Source: Planctomycetota bacterium
GTDB taxonomy: Bacteria > Planctomycetota > UBA8108 > SXIK01
Length of the DNA stretch: 64,000 nucleotides
Assembly: GCA_965223845.1 (NCBI GenBank)
Contig: CBDCXR010000004.1
Location: forward strand, 2,208,001-2,272,000
Reading direction: 5' to 3'
Numbering within the stretch: the stretch's first letter is position 1; each line of letters opens with the position of its first letter. The position numbers and the translations under genes were made by a program. The notes below the pieces were generated by a model. That model was not told the origin of the DNA and searched no databases. It was given only the letters and a program-made list of their open reading frames with translations. Of the stretch, positions 48,023 to 57,915 are shown piece after piece.

Positions 48023-48970
48023 TCACTTCGCCGCGTCGGAATCGGACGCCGGGGGAGCGTCGGCCGGCTTCGCAGTCGTGCTCTCCGCACCGGCAGCGGG
48101 TGTGGCGGGCGGGGCGGATTCAGCGGCCGGAGCCGTTTCACCGCTCGATTCCGACTTCTTCGCGGCGATCGCGGCCAGCGTCGCCTGCTTGATCTTCTCG
48201 GCCTCGGCCTGCGCCTTTGCGGCCTCTTCCTTCCGCTTGGCTTCCTCCTCGAGGCGCTTCTTCTCCTCGAGCGCTTGGATCTCGACGTACTTGTCGCGCC
48301 CGGCGATGAGCGCGTCGCCGAGGACGCGAAGGATCTGCTGCACCGAGCGGTAGGCGTCGTCGTTTCCCGGGATCACGATGTCGATGTCCGACGGATTGCA
48401 GTCGGTATCGACGAGCGCGACGACCGGTATCCCAAGCTTCTTCGCCTCCTTGCGGGCGATGTGCTCTCGCCGCACGTCGACGATGACGAGACAGCCCGGA
48501 ACGCCCTTCAGGTTCCGGATGCCCTGGAGGTTGCGCGTGATCTTCTTCCGCTCACGCCGGAGGGCGGACACCCGCTTTTTCGAGTACTGCTCGATCGCTC
48601 CGGTCTGCTCGAGCGCCTCGAGCTCCTCGAGTCGCTTGAGGCGAGAACGAATCGTGTGGTAGTTCGTCAGCGTGCCGCCGAGCCACCGCTCGGAGACGTA
48701 GTGCATCCCACAGCGCTCGGCTTCTTCCTGAATGAGGCTCTTCGCCTGACGCTTCGTCCCGACGAAGACGACCTGCTTGCCCTGCTGCGCGATCTGACGG
48801 AGGAAATTCGACGCGCGAATGAGTCCCTTGATGGTCTCGCGAATGTCGACGATGTGGATCTGATTGCGTCGGCCGAAGATGTACGGCGCCATCTTCGGGT
48901 GCCAACGGCTGCAGCGGTGACCAAAGTGGACGCCGGCTTCGATGAGATTCTCGACCTGAACGATCGGCAC
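48023..48970 (-). CDS. rpsB: 30S ribosomal protein S2 with Ala/Glu/Lys-rich C-terminal tail
   Basis: 'AGVHFGH...WHPKM', 'VGTKRQA', 'RWLGGTLTN', 'DTDCNP', 'IPGNDDA'; GTG start after AAGGAG. Confidence 0.97.
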   Translation of the reverse strand: MPIVQVENLIEAGVHFGHRCSRWHPKMAPYIFGRRNQIHIVDIRETIKGLIRASNFLRQIAQQGKQVVFVGTKRQAKSLIQEEAERCGMHYVSERWLGGTLTNYHTIRSRLKRLEELEALEQTGAIEQYSKKRVSALRRERKKITRNLQGIRNLKGVPGCLVIVDVRREHIARKEAKKLGIPVVALVDTDCNPSDIDIVIPGNDDAYRSVQQILRVLGDALIAGRDKYVEIQALEEKKRLEEEAKRKEEAAKAQAEAEKIKQATLAAIAAKKSESSGETAPAAESAPPATPAAGAESTTAKPADAPPASDSDAAK

Positions 48971-49279
48971 GGAAGGGTCTCCTTCAGCTCGCTCGAGCTC
49001 TCGCACCGCGACCAAACGCGCACCGCGGCTGATCTCCGGTTCGGGGTCGAGCTTCGGTCTAGCGGCCGAAGATCGTCACCGAAGGAGTGCGACCTTGCGT
49101 TCGGAGGAGCCGAAGCCCTCCCGGGTCGAGGTCGCGACAGCGTCAGCGGGCGGAATCGATTCGCGGGTCCTGCGCCGGTTCGAGCCCCCCGGCGACCGTC
49201 GTCGAAACGGGGACGGGGACGCGGGACACGACCGGCTGAAGTGCGCACTCGGGAACGGCACCCGAGCGCCAAGCCCGGC

Positions 49280-49308
49280 AATGTATCCGCTCGGGAAAAC
49301 CCTGTCAA
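49280..49308 (-). promoter_or_regulatory. sigma70-type promoter TTGACA-N17-TACATT for rpsB
   Basis: Near-consensus hexamers with 17-nt spacer, about 300 nt upstream of the rpsB start. Confidence 0.75.
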
Positions 49309-49393
49309 CGCGCGCCGGGTCCGCGCGAGATCGCGCTTCGGCCACGAGCTCGGACGCGGCGCGGCGACGGCGCGACCGCCCCTCGAAAGGGAC

Positions 49394-50467
49394 TCAGTCC
49401 GTGACCCCGGCGCGTCTCTCGCGGAGGCGGGCGTGGTTCTCGTGGATGAGGTCTTGGATCCGAATCGCGACGTCCATCGCTTGGTACCCGTCCTCGCCCG
49501 TCACCTCTGGGACGCGACCCGTCCGCACCGCGAGGATGAACGCTTCGAGCTCCGCCCGGAGCGGCTCGTCATTCGAGATGCTGAGCTGCTCGATATCGAA
49601 GTACTGCGTGAACAGAGGATAGGGTCCCTGAGCCGCCTCGAGCGATGCCATCTTCTGAAAATCGATCTCGCTGCTTTTGAAACCGTCCTTGAGCGCGATC
49701 CGCATGCCGGACTTGGCGACGAAATCGAGCGAGATGTAGGCGTCCGTGCAGAAGATACGCATCTTGCGATTCTTTTGGATCGCGACGCGGCTCGACTTGA
49801 CGACCGCCGTACAGCCGTTCGAGAACGTGAGGCGCGCGTAGGAGAGGTCCTCGGTTTCCGAGAGCACCCGCGTTCCCACGGCGTCGAGGTGCTCGACCGG
49901 CACGCCGACGATGTTGAGCACGTTGTCGATGTCGTGAATCATGAGATCGAGAACGACGCTCGTCTCGACCGATCGAAAGCTGAAGGGGTGGATGCGGTCG
50001 CACTCGATGAAGACGGGGTTCTGGATGTACTCGTACGCGGCGAGCACGACGGGGTTGAATCGTTCGATGTGCCCGACCTGGAGCGTGACGCCGGTGTCGC
50101 GGCAAAGGTCGAGGAGACGCCTCCCCTCGTCGAGCGTCGACGTCATCGGCTTCTCGACGAGCACGGAGACGCCTTCCTTCATGAGGCGCGACGCCACCTC
50201 GTAGTGCGACGGCGTCGGCGTCACGACGCTCGCCGCGTGGACGTTCTCGAGCAGGTCGTCGGAGAGATCACAGTAGAACGGTACGCCGAGGCGCCGTCCG
50301 ACCTCTTCGGCCTGCTGCTGATTCGTGTCCACGACGCCGACGAGCTCGACGCCTTCGAGCTCGCTGTACACTCGGGCGTGCTGACGGCCGAGATGCCCCA
50401 CGCCGATGACGAGCGCGCGAATCGGCTCGAAGTTCTGTGGTCGCCGGACGACCGACATGCTGCTCAC
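49394..50467 (-). CDS. Gfo/Idh/MocA oxidoreductase, GnnA-like (lipid A cluster)
   Basis: 'IGVGHLGRQHARVY', 'LVEKP', 'QVGHIERFNP', 'VVLDLMIHDID'; lies downstream of lpxA. Confidence 0.85.
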   Translation of the reverse strand: MSSMSVVRRPQNFEPIRALVIGVGHLGRQHARVYSELEGVELVGVVDTNQQQAEEVGRRLGVPFYCDLSDDLLENVHAASVVTPTPSHYEVASRLMKEGVSVLVEKPMTSTLDEGRRLLDLCRDTGVTLQVGHIERFNPVVLAAYEYIQNPVFIECDRIHPFSFRSVETSVVLDLMIHDIDNVLNIVGVPVEHLDAVGTRVLSETEDLSYARLTFSNGCTAVVKSSRVAIQKNRKMRIFCTDAYISLDFVAKSGMRIALKDGFKSSEIDFQKMASLEAAQGPYPLFTQYFDIEQLSISNDEPLRAELEAFILAVRTGRVPEVTGEDGYQAMDVAIRIQDLIHENHARLRERRAGVTD

Positions 50468-50739
50468 CCCCGTGTCTCACCAGATGCTACTGCGCCGCCG
50501 CTCGGCTCACCGAATCTGGTGAGGAATGCGGGTTCCACCCTTCGCTGCGCGGTTCGCAGTTCGGCGCGGACTGCGAGATTTCACCCACGCCTACGATCTC
50601 CTCGGAGATCGCCGATCGACGCGGGGCCGTCGCTGATAGGACCGGCGTTCTGCGGGAGACGTTCCCGTTCAGACCAACCCCCCGCGCCCAGTGTCGGCCG
50701 CGGACGGAGTGCTTTAGGAAGCACGATTCGCCGAAGGTG

Positions 50740-51561
50740 TCAAGGTTGGCGAGCTCGACCCTGATTGCCGCGCTCCGTCTTCTTGAGAAACTCGATGAGG
50801 TACGCGACCTCAGCCGATTCCGGGAAGCGCTCGAGGAGCTGGGCTACGGCCTCGCGCCGCGGGACGGAGCCGCGAAAGAGAAGGCGATGGGCATCCTTGA
50901 GCGCCTGCATCGCCTCGCTCGAAAACTCCGAGCGTTTCAACCCGACTCGGTTCACCGACCACACTCGAACGGGGCTCCCCTCGACGAGCATGAACGGCGG
51001 TACGTCCTGCGTCACTCGCGCGAGCCCGCCGACGAACGCGTGTTTTCCGACGGTGACGAAATGATGCACGGCTGCGAGTCCACCGAACGTCGCTCGCTTC
51101 TCGACGCGAACGTGCCCGCCGAGGAGGACGTTGTTCGCCATCGTGATGTAGTCATCGAGGATGCAGTCGTGAGCGACATGGCAGTTCGCCATGATGAGAT
51201 TGTGATGCCCGATGCGCGTGATGCCGTTCCCCAGCTCTGTGCCGCCGTGGATCGTGACGCACTCGCGAATCTTGTTGTAATCCCCAACGATCACCCAGCT
51301 CTCTTCGCCGTTGTACTTCTTGTCCTGCGGTTCGGCTCCGATCACGGCACCGGGGAAAATCTCGTTGTGCTCGCCGATGACGGCGTTCCCCGCGATCGTG
51401 ACGTTGTTGTGGATACGCGTGCCGTCCCCGATGCGGCAGTTCGGGCCGATGTAACAGAACGGGCCGAGGTCGACGTCTACTCCCACCTCTGCCGAGGGGT
51501 GGATGAAGACGTTGTCGTAGCGAAAGGACAGATCGGAAGTCTTGCGTGACGACCAGAACAT
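50740..51561 (-). CDS. lpxA: acyl-ACP--UDP-N-acetylglucosamine O-acyltransferase
   Basis: 'IHPSA', 'PQDKKY', 'IRECVTIHGGT', catalytic 'HVAHDC', 'LGGHV', 'QDVPPF', 'NRVGLKR'. Confidence 0.95.
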   Translation of the reverse strand: MFWSSRKTSDLSFRYDNVFIHPSAEVGVDVDLGPFCYIGPNCRIGDGTRIHNNVTIAGNAVIGEHNEIFPGAVIGAEPQDKKYNGEESWVIVGDYNKIRECVTIHGGTELGNGITRIGHHNLIMANCHVAHDCILDDYITMANNVLLGGHVRVEKRATFGGLAAVHHFVTVGKHAFVGGLARVTQDVPPFMLVEGSPVRVWSVNRVGLKRSEFSSEAMQALKDAHRLLFRGSVPRREAVAQLLERFPESAEVAYLIEFLKKTERGNQGRARQP

Positions 51562-51654
51562 GATCTCAAAGAGCCTCACTCTCGGATGCAAGACGCGCTG
51601 AAGCCGCGTGCCGCGGCGTTCTCGCACGGGTAATTCTCAGACGAAAACCGGCCA

Positions 51655-53082
51655 TCAGGGATCCAGAAGCATGAAACGCATGCGGGCCTCCGCGGCGAGC
51701 TTGCCGCCGACATGGGCTTCCCCGCGAATCTGCGCGGTCGCGCCGCGGAGCTTCTCGAGGGTCGCGGTGAGTACGAGCTGATCTCCGGGCACCACCGGTC
51801 GGCGAAACTTGGTGTCGTCGATCGAGAGGAACACGGCCAGTTTGTTAGAATTCTCGGGTCGTTCGCGGAGGAGTATGCCGCCCAGCTGCGCCATCGCCTC
51901 CACCTGAAGCACACCGGGCATGATCGGACGGTCGGGAAAGTGACCCTCGAAAAACTGCTCGGTGCACGTGACGTTCTTCACTCCCACGGCGCGCTTGCCG
52001 CTCTCGAACTCGACCACGCGGTCGAGGAGGAGCATCGGATAGCGGTGCGGGAGGAGCCGGCGGATGTCCGTGTGCTCCAGCCCGTCGCTCGCCCGCGACA
52101 TGATTTCGCGGGTCTCGCGCGCCCGGCGCTCGCTGTCGTCGTGACCTCGGGCGGACGTCGGGTTCACCCCGTTCGCTCGACCATCCCTCGGCCGCGTCCC
52201 CGTGCCATTCTTCGACGGGACACACGAAGTCAGGATTCCGCGGCTGAGCTGAGCGTTGAGAGCGTGTCCGGACTTCGTCGCGACGACGTGACCGTGGAGT
52301 CGCGAACCGAGCAGGTAGAGGTCGCCGACGAGATCGAGGAGCTTGTGCCGCACGAATTCGTCGGGGAATCGGAGCTCGTTCTCGATGACACCGTCTCCGC
52401 TCACGACGAGCGTATTGCGCGTGTTGGCACCGCGGCCGAGCCCAGCCTCGCGGAGCGCCGCGATTTCTTCTTCCAGCACGAACGTGCGGGCCGGGGCGAT
52501 CTCCCGGACGAACGTCTCCTCGTCGAGCTCGAGCTCGAGGAACTGACTTCCGACCCACGCGGCCGACCGAGTGCCGAGGGGCGTGAGATCCAGGGTGTAC
52601 CCGACCTTGAGGCCGCGCTTCCCTTCCGCCGGCTCCCAGGGCATCGCGACCGCGCTTGCTTCGAGGGAGCGCACCGCTACGGGCTGGGCGAGAGTCAGCT
52701 CGGACGCGACCGTACCCTGTGTCGCGATGCCGGCCTCGCGGACGGCCTCGTAGAAGGGGAGCGCGCTGCCGTCGAGACCCGGAAGCTCCGGGCGATCGAT
52801 CTCGACGACGAGGTTGTCGACCCCCGCAGCCCAGAGCGCAGCGAGAAGGTGCTCCGTCGTGTGGACCTCGGCTTCGCCCGAGCGGATCGCCGTCCGGCGC
52901 GGCCGGGAGACGATGTTCTCGACGCGAGCGACGACGCTCGGTCGCCCGGGTAGGTCGACACGCCGAAAGACCACGCCGGCGCCGGGGTCACCCGGCAGCA
53001 GCGTCATCTTGACCGCCTCGCCGCTGTGGAGCCCGACGCCCTCGAGCGTGACGGGTCCCGCGATCGTCGCCTGCTCAGACAT
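51655..53082 (-). CDS. lpxC: bifunctional LpxC deacetylase / FabZ 3-hydroxyacyl-ACP dehydratase fusion
   Basis: LpxC 'GVGLHSG', 'TTEHLLAAL', 'IAPARTF', 'RHKLLDLVGDL', 'SGHALN'; FabZ 'LPHRYPMLLLDR', 'GHFP..PIMPGVLQVEAMAQ'. Confidence 0.95.
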   Translation of the reverse strand: MSEQATIAGPVTLEGVGLHSGEAVKMTLLPGDPGAGVVFRRVDLPGRPSVVARVENIVSRPRRTAIRSGEAEVHTTEHLLAALWAAGVDNLVVEIDRPELPGLDGSALPFYEAVREAGIATQGTVASELTLAQPVAVRSLEASAVAMPWEPAEGKRGLKVGYTLDLTPLGTRSAAWVGSQFLELELDEETFVREIAPARTFVLEEEIAALREAGLGRGANTRNTLVVSGDGVIENELRFPDEFVRHKLLDLVGDLYLLGSRLHGHVVATKSGHALNAQLSRGILTSCVPSKNGTGTRPRDGRANGVNPTSARGHDDSERRARETREIMSRASDGLEHTDIRRLLPHRYPMLLLDRVVEFESGKRAVGVKNVTCTEQFFEGHFPDRPIMPGVLQVEAMAQLGGILLRERPENSNKLAVFLSIDDTKFRRPVVPGDQLVLTATLEKLRGATAQIRGEAHVGGKLAAEARMRFMLLDP

Positions 53083-53176
53083 GGCTGCCCGCCGCAGGAG
53101 ACGCCACCGCCCGGAGGCGGTCTGAAGCGCTATCGTACGAACTGAGAGTCTGAATCCAGTCCATTCCTCGACCGGG

Positions 53177-53776
53177 TCACGGCTTGGTGCCGACCCGGCT
53201 GCGGAGTTGACGTTGGTATTTGTCGTTGAGCCGACTGAGGATCTGCCCGGTGATGTCGAGCTCGGGCTTCACGGCGTGCACGATCGGCCAGCGGAACCCT
53301 CCACCCGCCTTCGGGTCGACGTCCGCGGTCACCGACTTCTCGAGGATCAGGTCGAGGTCGAAGGCTTCGCGATAGGTCTCGATCTCCTTCGCGATCTCCT
53401 CGCGAAGCTCCTTGAGGAATCGAATCTGGGTCTCGCGCAGCTTCTTCAAGTCCTCACTGCGCAGCTTGTTGCGCTCGATCTCGAGCCGCGTCTTCTCGAG
53501 GACCTTTTCGTCCTGCTTCGGTCCGGGCTCGAGCAGCTGGATCGAGCTGGTCGCCTGTTGGATCTTCCCGTCGAGCTCCTTGAACTTCGCTTCAAGGGCC
53601 ACGGACTGCTCGTTGAGCACCTCTTGGCGGTCGAGCTTCTTCTGGTAGCTCTCGAAGACTTCGCTGATGTCGACGACGGCGGTCCGGGGCGGGTCGAATT
53701 CCTGCGCGGCGCGAAATGCGACCGAGAAGAACGCGAGTAGAACGAGCGCGGCGGCTGCCGTCTTTCGTCGAGTCAT
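53177..53776 (-). CDS. skp: OmpH/Skp periplasmic chaperone
   Basis: Signal peptide, 'TAVVDISEVF', coiled-coil body, 'DLILEK', 'DITGQILSRLN'. Confidence 0.8.
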   Translation of the reverse strand: MTRRKTAAAALVLLAFFSVAFRAAQEFDPPRTAVVDISEVFESYQKKLDRQEVLNEQSVALEAKFKELDGKIQQATSSIQLLEPGPKQDEKVLEKTRLEIERNKLRSEDLKKLRETQIRFLKELREEIAKEIETYREAFDLDLILEKSVTADVDPKAGGGFRWPIVHAVKPELDITGQILSRLNDKYQRQLRSRVGTKP

Positions 53777-54153
53777 GCTGGAACACCTGTCTGGAGATTC
53801 ACCACGACGCGCGCTTCGCGCAACCGAGCTGCACTCCTCCCGTACGGCACGTCGTGAGCTTCCCGGGAGAGTCCCACAGTTTACCTTTTCGGCCGGAGGA
53901 ACGAAAAGCTGCAACTCTTTTCGGGCGTTCAACTTCCTCGCGACCGAAACGCGGGAAAATAAGCCCAGAAATCAGCAAAAACAAGCAAAAATGGAGAAAC
54001 GACCGGTGTCGACCGGCTCTTTTCGCGCGCGGTTGTGCCGGATTTCGCACCACTCTCCGCCGCGGGAAGGGCGGAGAGCCGACGCTCTCGCGTCGCCGGA
54101 GGCGCGCTGACGAGACGTCTAGTCCCCGCCGCGCGGGTTCCACGCGGCGGTGA

Positions 54154-55527
54154 CTAGACGGGAAGATCGTCGTCGGTGTAGTGAGACGCCATGTCCTCGA
54201 AACGCATGATATTGCTGCGGAAGACGAGCCGGACCGCCCCCGTCGGGCCGTTCCGCTGCTTTGCGATGATGACCTCGGCTTTCCCCTTTGCCTCTTCTTT
54301 CTCCGGCTTGTAGTACTCCTCGCGATAGAGGAGAAGCACGACGTCGGCGTCCTGCTCGATGGCACCCGACTCCCGGAGGTCGCTCAGACGCGGCCGGTGA
54401 GACTCGCGGTTCTCGACGCCTCGGCTGAGCTGACTGAGCGCCACGACGGGCACCTGGAGCTCCCGGGCGAGCCCCTTGAGGCTGCGCGAAACGACCGAGA
54501 TCTCCTGCTGTCGACTCTCGCGGTTGCTGCCGCTCCCCTCCATGAGCTGAAGGTAGTCGATCACGATCATCCCGAGTGGCCTGCGCTTGTGGAGACGACG
54601 CGCCTTCGCCTTCACGGAAAGTGGGGTGAGGCCAGGAGTATCGTCGATGAATATGGGCATCTCGCGCAGGCGCTGGGCGCCCATGAGCAGATCCTGCCAC
54701 TCGTTCCGGCTGAGCGAACGCTGGCGCACGCGATGGGCGTCGACCTGAGCGAACGTGCAGAGGAGATTCTGGACGAGCTGGTCCTTTGCGACCTCGAGGC
54801 TGAAGATCGCGACCGGCTTTGCGGCGCGCGCTGCGTTCTCCACACAGTTCATCGCAAAGCTCGTCTTCCCCATGCTCGGGCGCCCGGCGATGATCACGAA
54901 GTCGGCCGGCCGGAACCCCGTCGTCATGCGATCGAGATCGGCGAAGCCGCTGAGTACGCTCCCATCCGCGGTCACGTCGGAGTCGAGCCGCTCGAAACAC
55001 TCGTCGACGAGCGTCTCGATCGGCGCGAAATCTTGGCCGGACTCGCGATTCCCGATATCGAGGATTTTCTGCTCCGCGACGTCGAGCTGAGCGCGCGCCG
55101 AGGTCTCCGAGTCGTACACCCCCTGGAGAACCTCGGAACACGTCCCGACGAGCGAGCGGAGGATCGCCTTCTCGCGGATGATCCGCGAGTAGTGCTCGAC
55201 GTTGGCGACCGACGGCAGACGCTGGACGAGCTCTTCGAGGAATTCCAGCCCCCCCAAGCTCTCGCTGAGCCCGAGACGCTCCATCGCATCGAGCGCCATC
55301 ACCTCGTCGAGAGCCGAATTCTCGTCGTAGAGCTTCGCGAACAGCTCGAAGATCTTGCTGTGCCGAGGGCTGTAAAAATCCTCGGCCGCGAGGAGCTGAA
55401 GGGCACTCTCAGCGGCCTCGATGTCGACGAGGAGAGCGCCGAGAACACTCTGCTCGGCCTCGAGGCTGTGCGGGAGCGACCGCTTTCCGAGAACGTCCGG
55501 CGTCGACGTCGATTCGTTCGCAGCCAT
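54154..55527 (-). CDS. dnaB: replicative DNA helicase
   Basis: 'PHSLEAEQSVLG', 'GRPSMGKT', 'IDYLQLM', 'LSQLSR', 'SDLRESGAIEQDAD', 'KQRNGPTG'; GGAGG upstream of ATG 55527; no intein. Confidence 0.97.
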   Translation of the reverse strand: MAANESTSTPDVLGKRSLPHSLEAEQSVLGALLVDIEAAESALQLLAAEDFYSPRHSKIFELFAKLYDENSALDEVMALDAMERLGLSESLGGLEFLEELVQRLPSVANVEHYSRIIREKAILRSLVGTCSEVLQGVYDSETSARAQLDVAEQKILDIGNRESGQDFAPIETLVDECFERLDSDVTADGSVLSGFADLDRMTTGFRPADFVIIAGRPSMGKTSFAMNCVENAARAAKPVAIFSLEVAKDQLVQNLLCTFAQVDAHRVRQRSLSRNEWQDLLMGAQRLREMPIFIDDTPGLTPLSVKAKARRLHKRRPLGMIVIDYLQLMEGSGSNRESRQQEISVVSRSLKGLARELQVPVVALSQLSRGVENRESHRPRLSDLRESGAIEQDADVVLLLYREEYYKPEKEEAKGKAEVIIAKQRNGPTGAVRLVFRSNIMRFEDMASHYTDDDLPV

Positions 55528-55702
55528 CCCATCCTCCCGGGCGACCGACGGATCGCCGCGCCACCGTTCCACTCCCCATCGTCGTTCGACGAGTCGTCAG
55601 GCGGCGGTCAACGCCGCGTCCCAGCACGAACACTGCTGCGCGGAATTCGTCCCGCCCGAGGTCGCACCCTCCGTGCGGCCGGAGGGGCTCCGCGGGAGAG
55701 AC

Positions 55703-56221
55703 TCAGTCCTCGTCGCCGTACTCGTCCTCGGCGTCGTCCTCGTCCAGCTCCGCGGAGCTCGCGGGCTTCCCGCGGTCATCCCCCTTCACCACCCAGACCT
55801 TCGCTTCGCACTCGACCTCGGGATGGAGGCGCACGCGCACCTTGTAGATCCCGAGCTTCTTGATCGGCTCGTCGAGGAGCACCGCATCGAGGGGCACGTT
55901 CAGGTCTTCGGCGGCGAAGTTCTGGGCGATGTCCCGAGCGGTGACGGAGCCGTAGAGATGTCCTTCCTCAGTCGAGTTCGCGATGATCGTGCACGAGGTC
56001 TTCTCGAGCTCCTTCGCGAGCACCTGATAGTTCTGGATCGTCTCCTGCTCCTGCGCGATCAACCGGCGCTTCTTTTGCTCGAAACGGTGGAGATTGTCGT
56101 CGGTCAGCTCGACTCCGTACCCTTTGGGGAGAAGGTAGTTCCGACCGTAACCGTCGGCGACGTCCACGACGTCACCGAGCTTGCCCAGGTTCTGAATGTT
56201 GCGCTGTAGAAGTAGCTTCAT
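55703..56221 (-). CDS. rplI: 50S ribosomal protein L9 with acidic tail
   Basis: 'MKLLL..I.NLGKLGDVVDVADGYGRNYLLP', 'LYGSVT', 'IKKLG.Y.V.VRLHPEV'. Confidence 0.96.
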   Translation of the reverse strand: MKLLLQRNIQNLGKLGDVVDVADGYGRNYLLPKGYGVELTDDNLHRFEQKKRRLIAQEQETIQNYQVLAKELEKTSCTIIANSTEEGHLYGSVTARDIAQNFAAEDLNVPLDAVLLDEPIKKLGIYKVRVRLHPEVECEAKVWVVKGDDRGKPASSAELDEDDAEDEYGDED

Positions 56222-56416
56222 GACTCGACCGAATGCGGAGTGCGAGGAGCGATGTTCGAGCGACGACGATCGGACGACCGCCGGATCCGGCTCCGCCGCG
56301 CCGACGACGGCCCGCCATGGTAGCGAGGGCGGGTGCTGAACGCCAGCGCGAACCGCGCGCCCGAGATCGGCCCGCGGCAAGGTCGCGCTCCCCTGTGAAA
56401 TACGCCCCCGAGGCGC

Positions 56417-56914
56417 TCAGAACGGGATATCGTCTTCGCTGAATCCGCCGCTCTCTCCCGGTTCGCCGCCGGCGGGCGCACCAGATGCCGGCGCGCGCGC
56501 CGGTCGATCCTCCCCGCCCCGGTAGCTCGCGCCGTAGTCGGCGCCGCCCTCCGACTCGCGGTACTGCGAACCGCCGCCTCCGTCGCCGCGTCCGCTCACG
56601 AACTGAAAGTTGTCCGCGACGACGCGAAGCTTCGAGCGCTTCTGTCCGTCCTGCCCTTCCCAGGTGTCCAGGTTGAGCCGACCCTCGATGAAGAGAGGGT
56701 CGCCCTTGTGGAGGTACTGGCAGATGACCTCGGCTTGACGCCGCCAGATCGTCACATCGACGAAGGTCGTCTCCTTGCGGCGCTCGTTCCCTGCGGCGTA
56801 CTCGCGGTTGACCGCGATCCCGAGGTCCGCGACGGGCGTCCCTTGAGGCGTGTAGCGGAGCTCCGGGTCGCGGGTAAGCCGCCCCATGAGCAAGACCTTA
56901 TTGAGGTTTCCCAT
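56417..56914 (-). CDS. ssb: single-stranded DNA-binding protein
   Basis: 'NKVLLMGRLTRDPELRYT', 'IEGRL', C-terminal 'DDIPF'. Confidence 0.97.
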   Translation of the reverse strand: MGNLNKVLLMGRLTRDPELRYTPQGTPVADLGIAVNREYAAGNERRKETTFVDVTIWRRQAEVICQYLHKGDPLFIEGRLNLDTWEGQDGQKRSKLRVVADNFQFVSGRGDGGGGSQYRESEGGADYGASYRGGEDRPARAPASGAPAGGEPGESGGFSEDDIPF

Positions 56915-57286
56915 CGCGTCGTCTCCTCCTGAGTGCGCGTATCTTTCTTCACTTGATCGAGTCGGGACGTTCGCCCGAGTGCCCCTCGCTCCGCTCGCAG
57001 CTCGCCCCCACGGGTGGACACACTATGAGGAGGGCGGACGGGCGGCAACTGGATTCCCGGAACATCGGGCCATCGCACGGCAAGGCAGCCGCGCGAAGGT
57101 GGGCACGCGCACGAGAGCCCGCGTCGGCCGCCGACGGTTAACCTACGGTCGATCCCCATCCCTCGCAACCGAGAGACGAGGAATCGAGATCACCTCGCTT
57201 CGGTGCGGACCGGAGAGCGACGACGGTGCCGGTGTCGTGTCGCGCGAAGACAGAACGTCGAGATCGCAGGGAGCGGAAGAAACCGC

Positions 57287-57733
57287 TCAGGCGGAGGGCT
57301 GCGGCTCGGACGCCGGCGCGGGCGTCTCTTTCGGGGTGACGTCGGCCGCTGGCGCATCCGTGGCGGGGGCTTCTTCGCTCGCCGCCTCGCGATTTGCGGC
57401 CGCCTCCGCGGCCTTCTCCTGGCGCTGTCGGCACTGATCTTCGATCGTCTCGTTCTGAAGGACGAGGAGACGGAGCACGCGATCGGAGATCTCCACGTCG
57501 CGGTGGAGACCAGGGATCTCGTCGGCCGGAGCATTGAAGTAGGTGAGGAAGTACGTCCCCTTCTTGCACCCCTTCATCTCGTAGGCGAGCTTCCGATCCG
57601 GCCAGCGCTCGGAGTGAACGATTTCGCCGCGGTGGCGTCGAAGGAGATCCTCGACGTGCTTCTCGAGGCCAGGCCAATCCTTCCCGGCGAGGTTGGCGTC
57701 GAAAACGAACATTCCTTCGTACAGTCTATTCAA
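57287..57733 (-). CDS. rpsF: 30S ribosomal protein S6
   Basis: 'RLYEGMFVF', 'W.DRKLAYEM', 'G.Y', 'VLRLL'; TTG start after CAGGAGG. Confidence 0.92.
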   Translation of the reverse strand: MNRLYEGMFVFDANLAGKDWPGLEKHVEDLLRRHRGEIVHSERWPDRKLAYEMKGCKKGTYFLTYFNAPADEIPGLHRDVEISDRVLRLLVLQNETIEDQCRQRQEKAAEAAANREAASEEAPATDAPAADVTPKETPAPASEPQPSA

Positions 57734-57915
57734 GTCGTCCTCCTGAGTCTCGGCTCCGGCCATCGGAGCTCACCGCCGTTCGGCGCCGAACGGCCAAGGA
57801 TACCCGACTGAGCGACGGATGGAAGCCCCTCGTCGCCCGCGAATTCTTCTCCGGTCCGCCGGCGGTCAAACGTCGCGATGCCGGGGCCGAGCCGGCGACA
57901 ACGCCGATCGGGCGC

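Noticed and set aside
47924-50764. 946-aa plus-strand ORF (also long antisense ORFs such as 15682-17946, 18576-20399, 32764-34497, 54181-55863)
   Set aside because: They lie antisense to well-supported genes, are Arg/Ala/Pro-rich and carry no motifs; stop-poor shadow frames are expected in GC-rich DNA
56222-56416. rpsR remnant between ssb and rplI
   Set aside because: No S18-like motif was seen; the gap holds a promoter-like site instead
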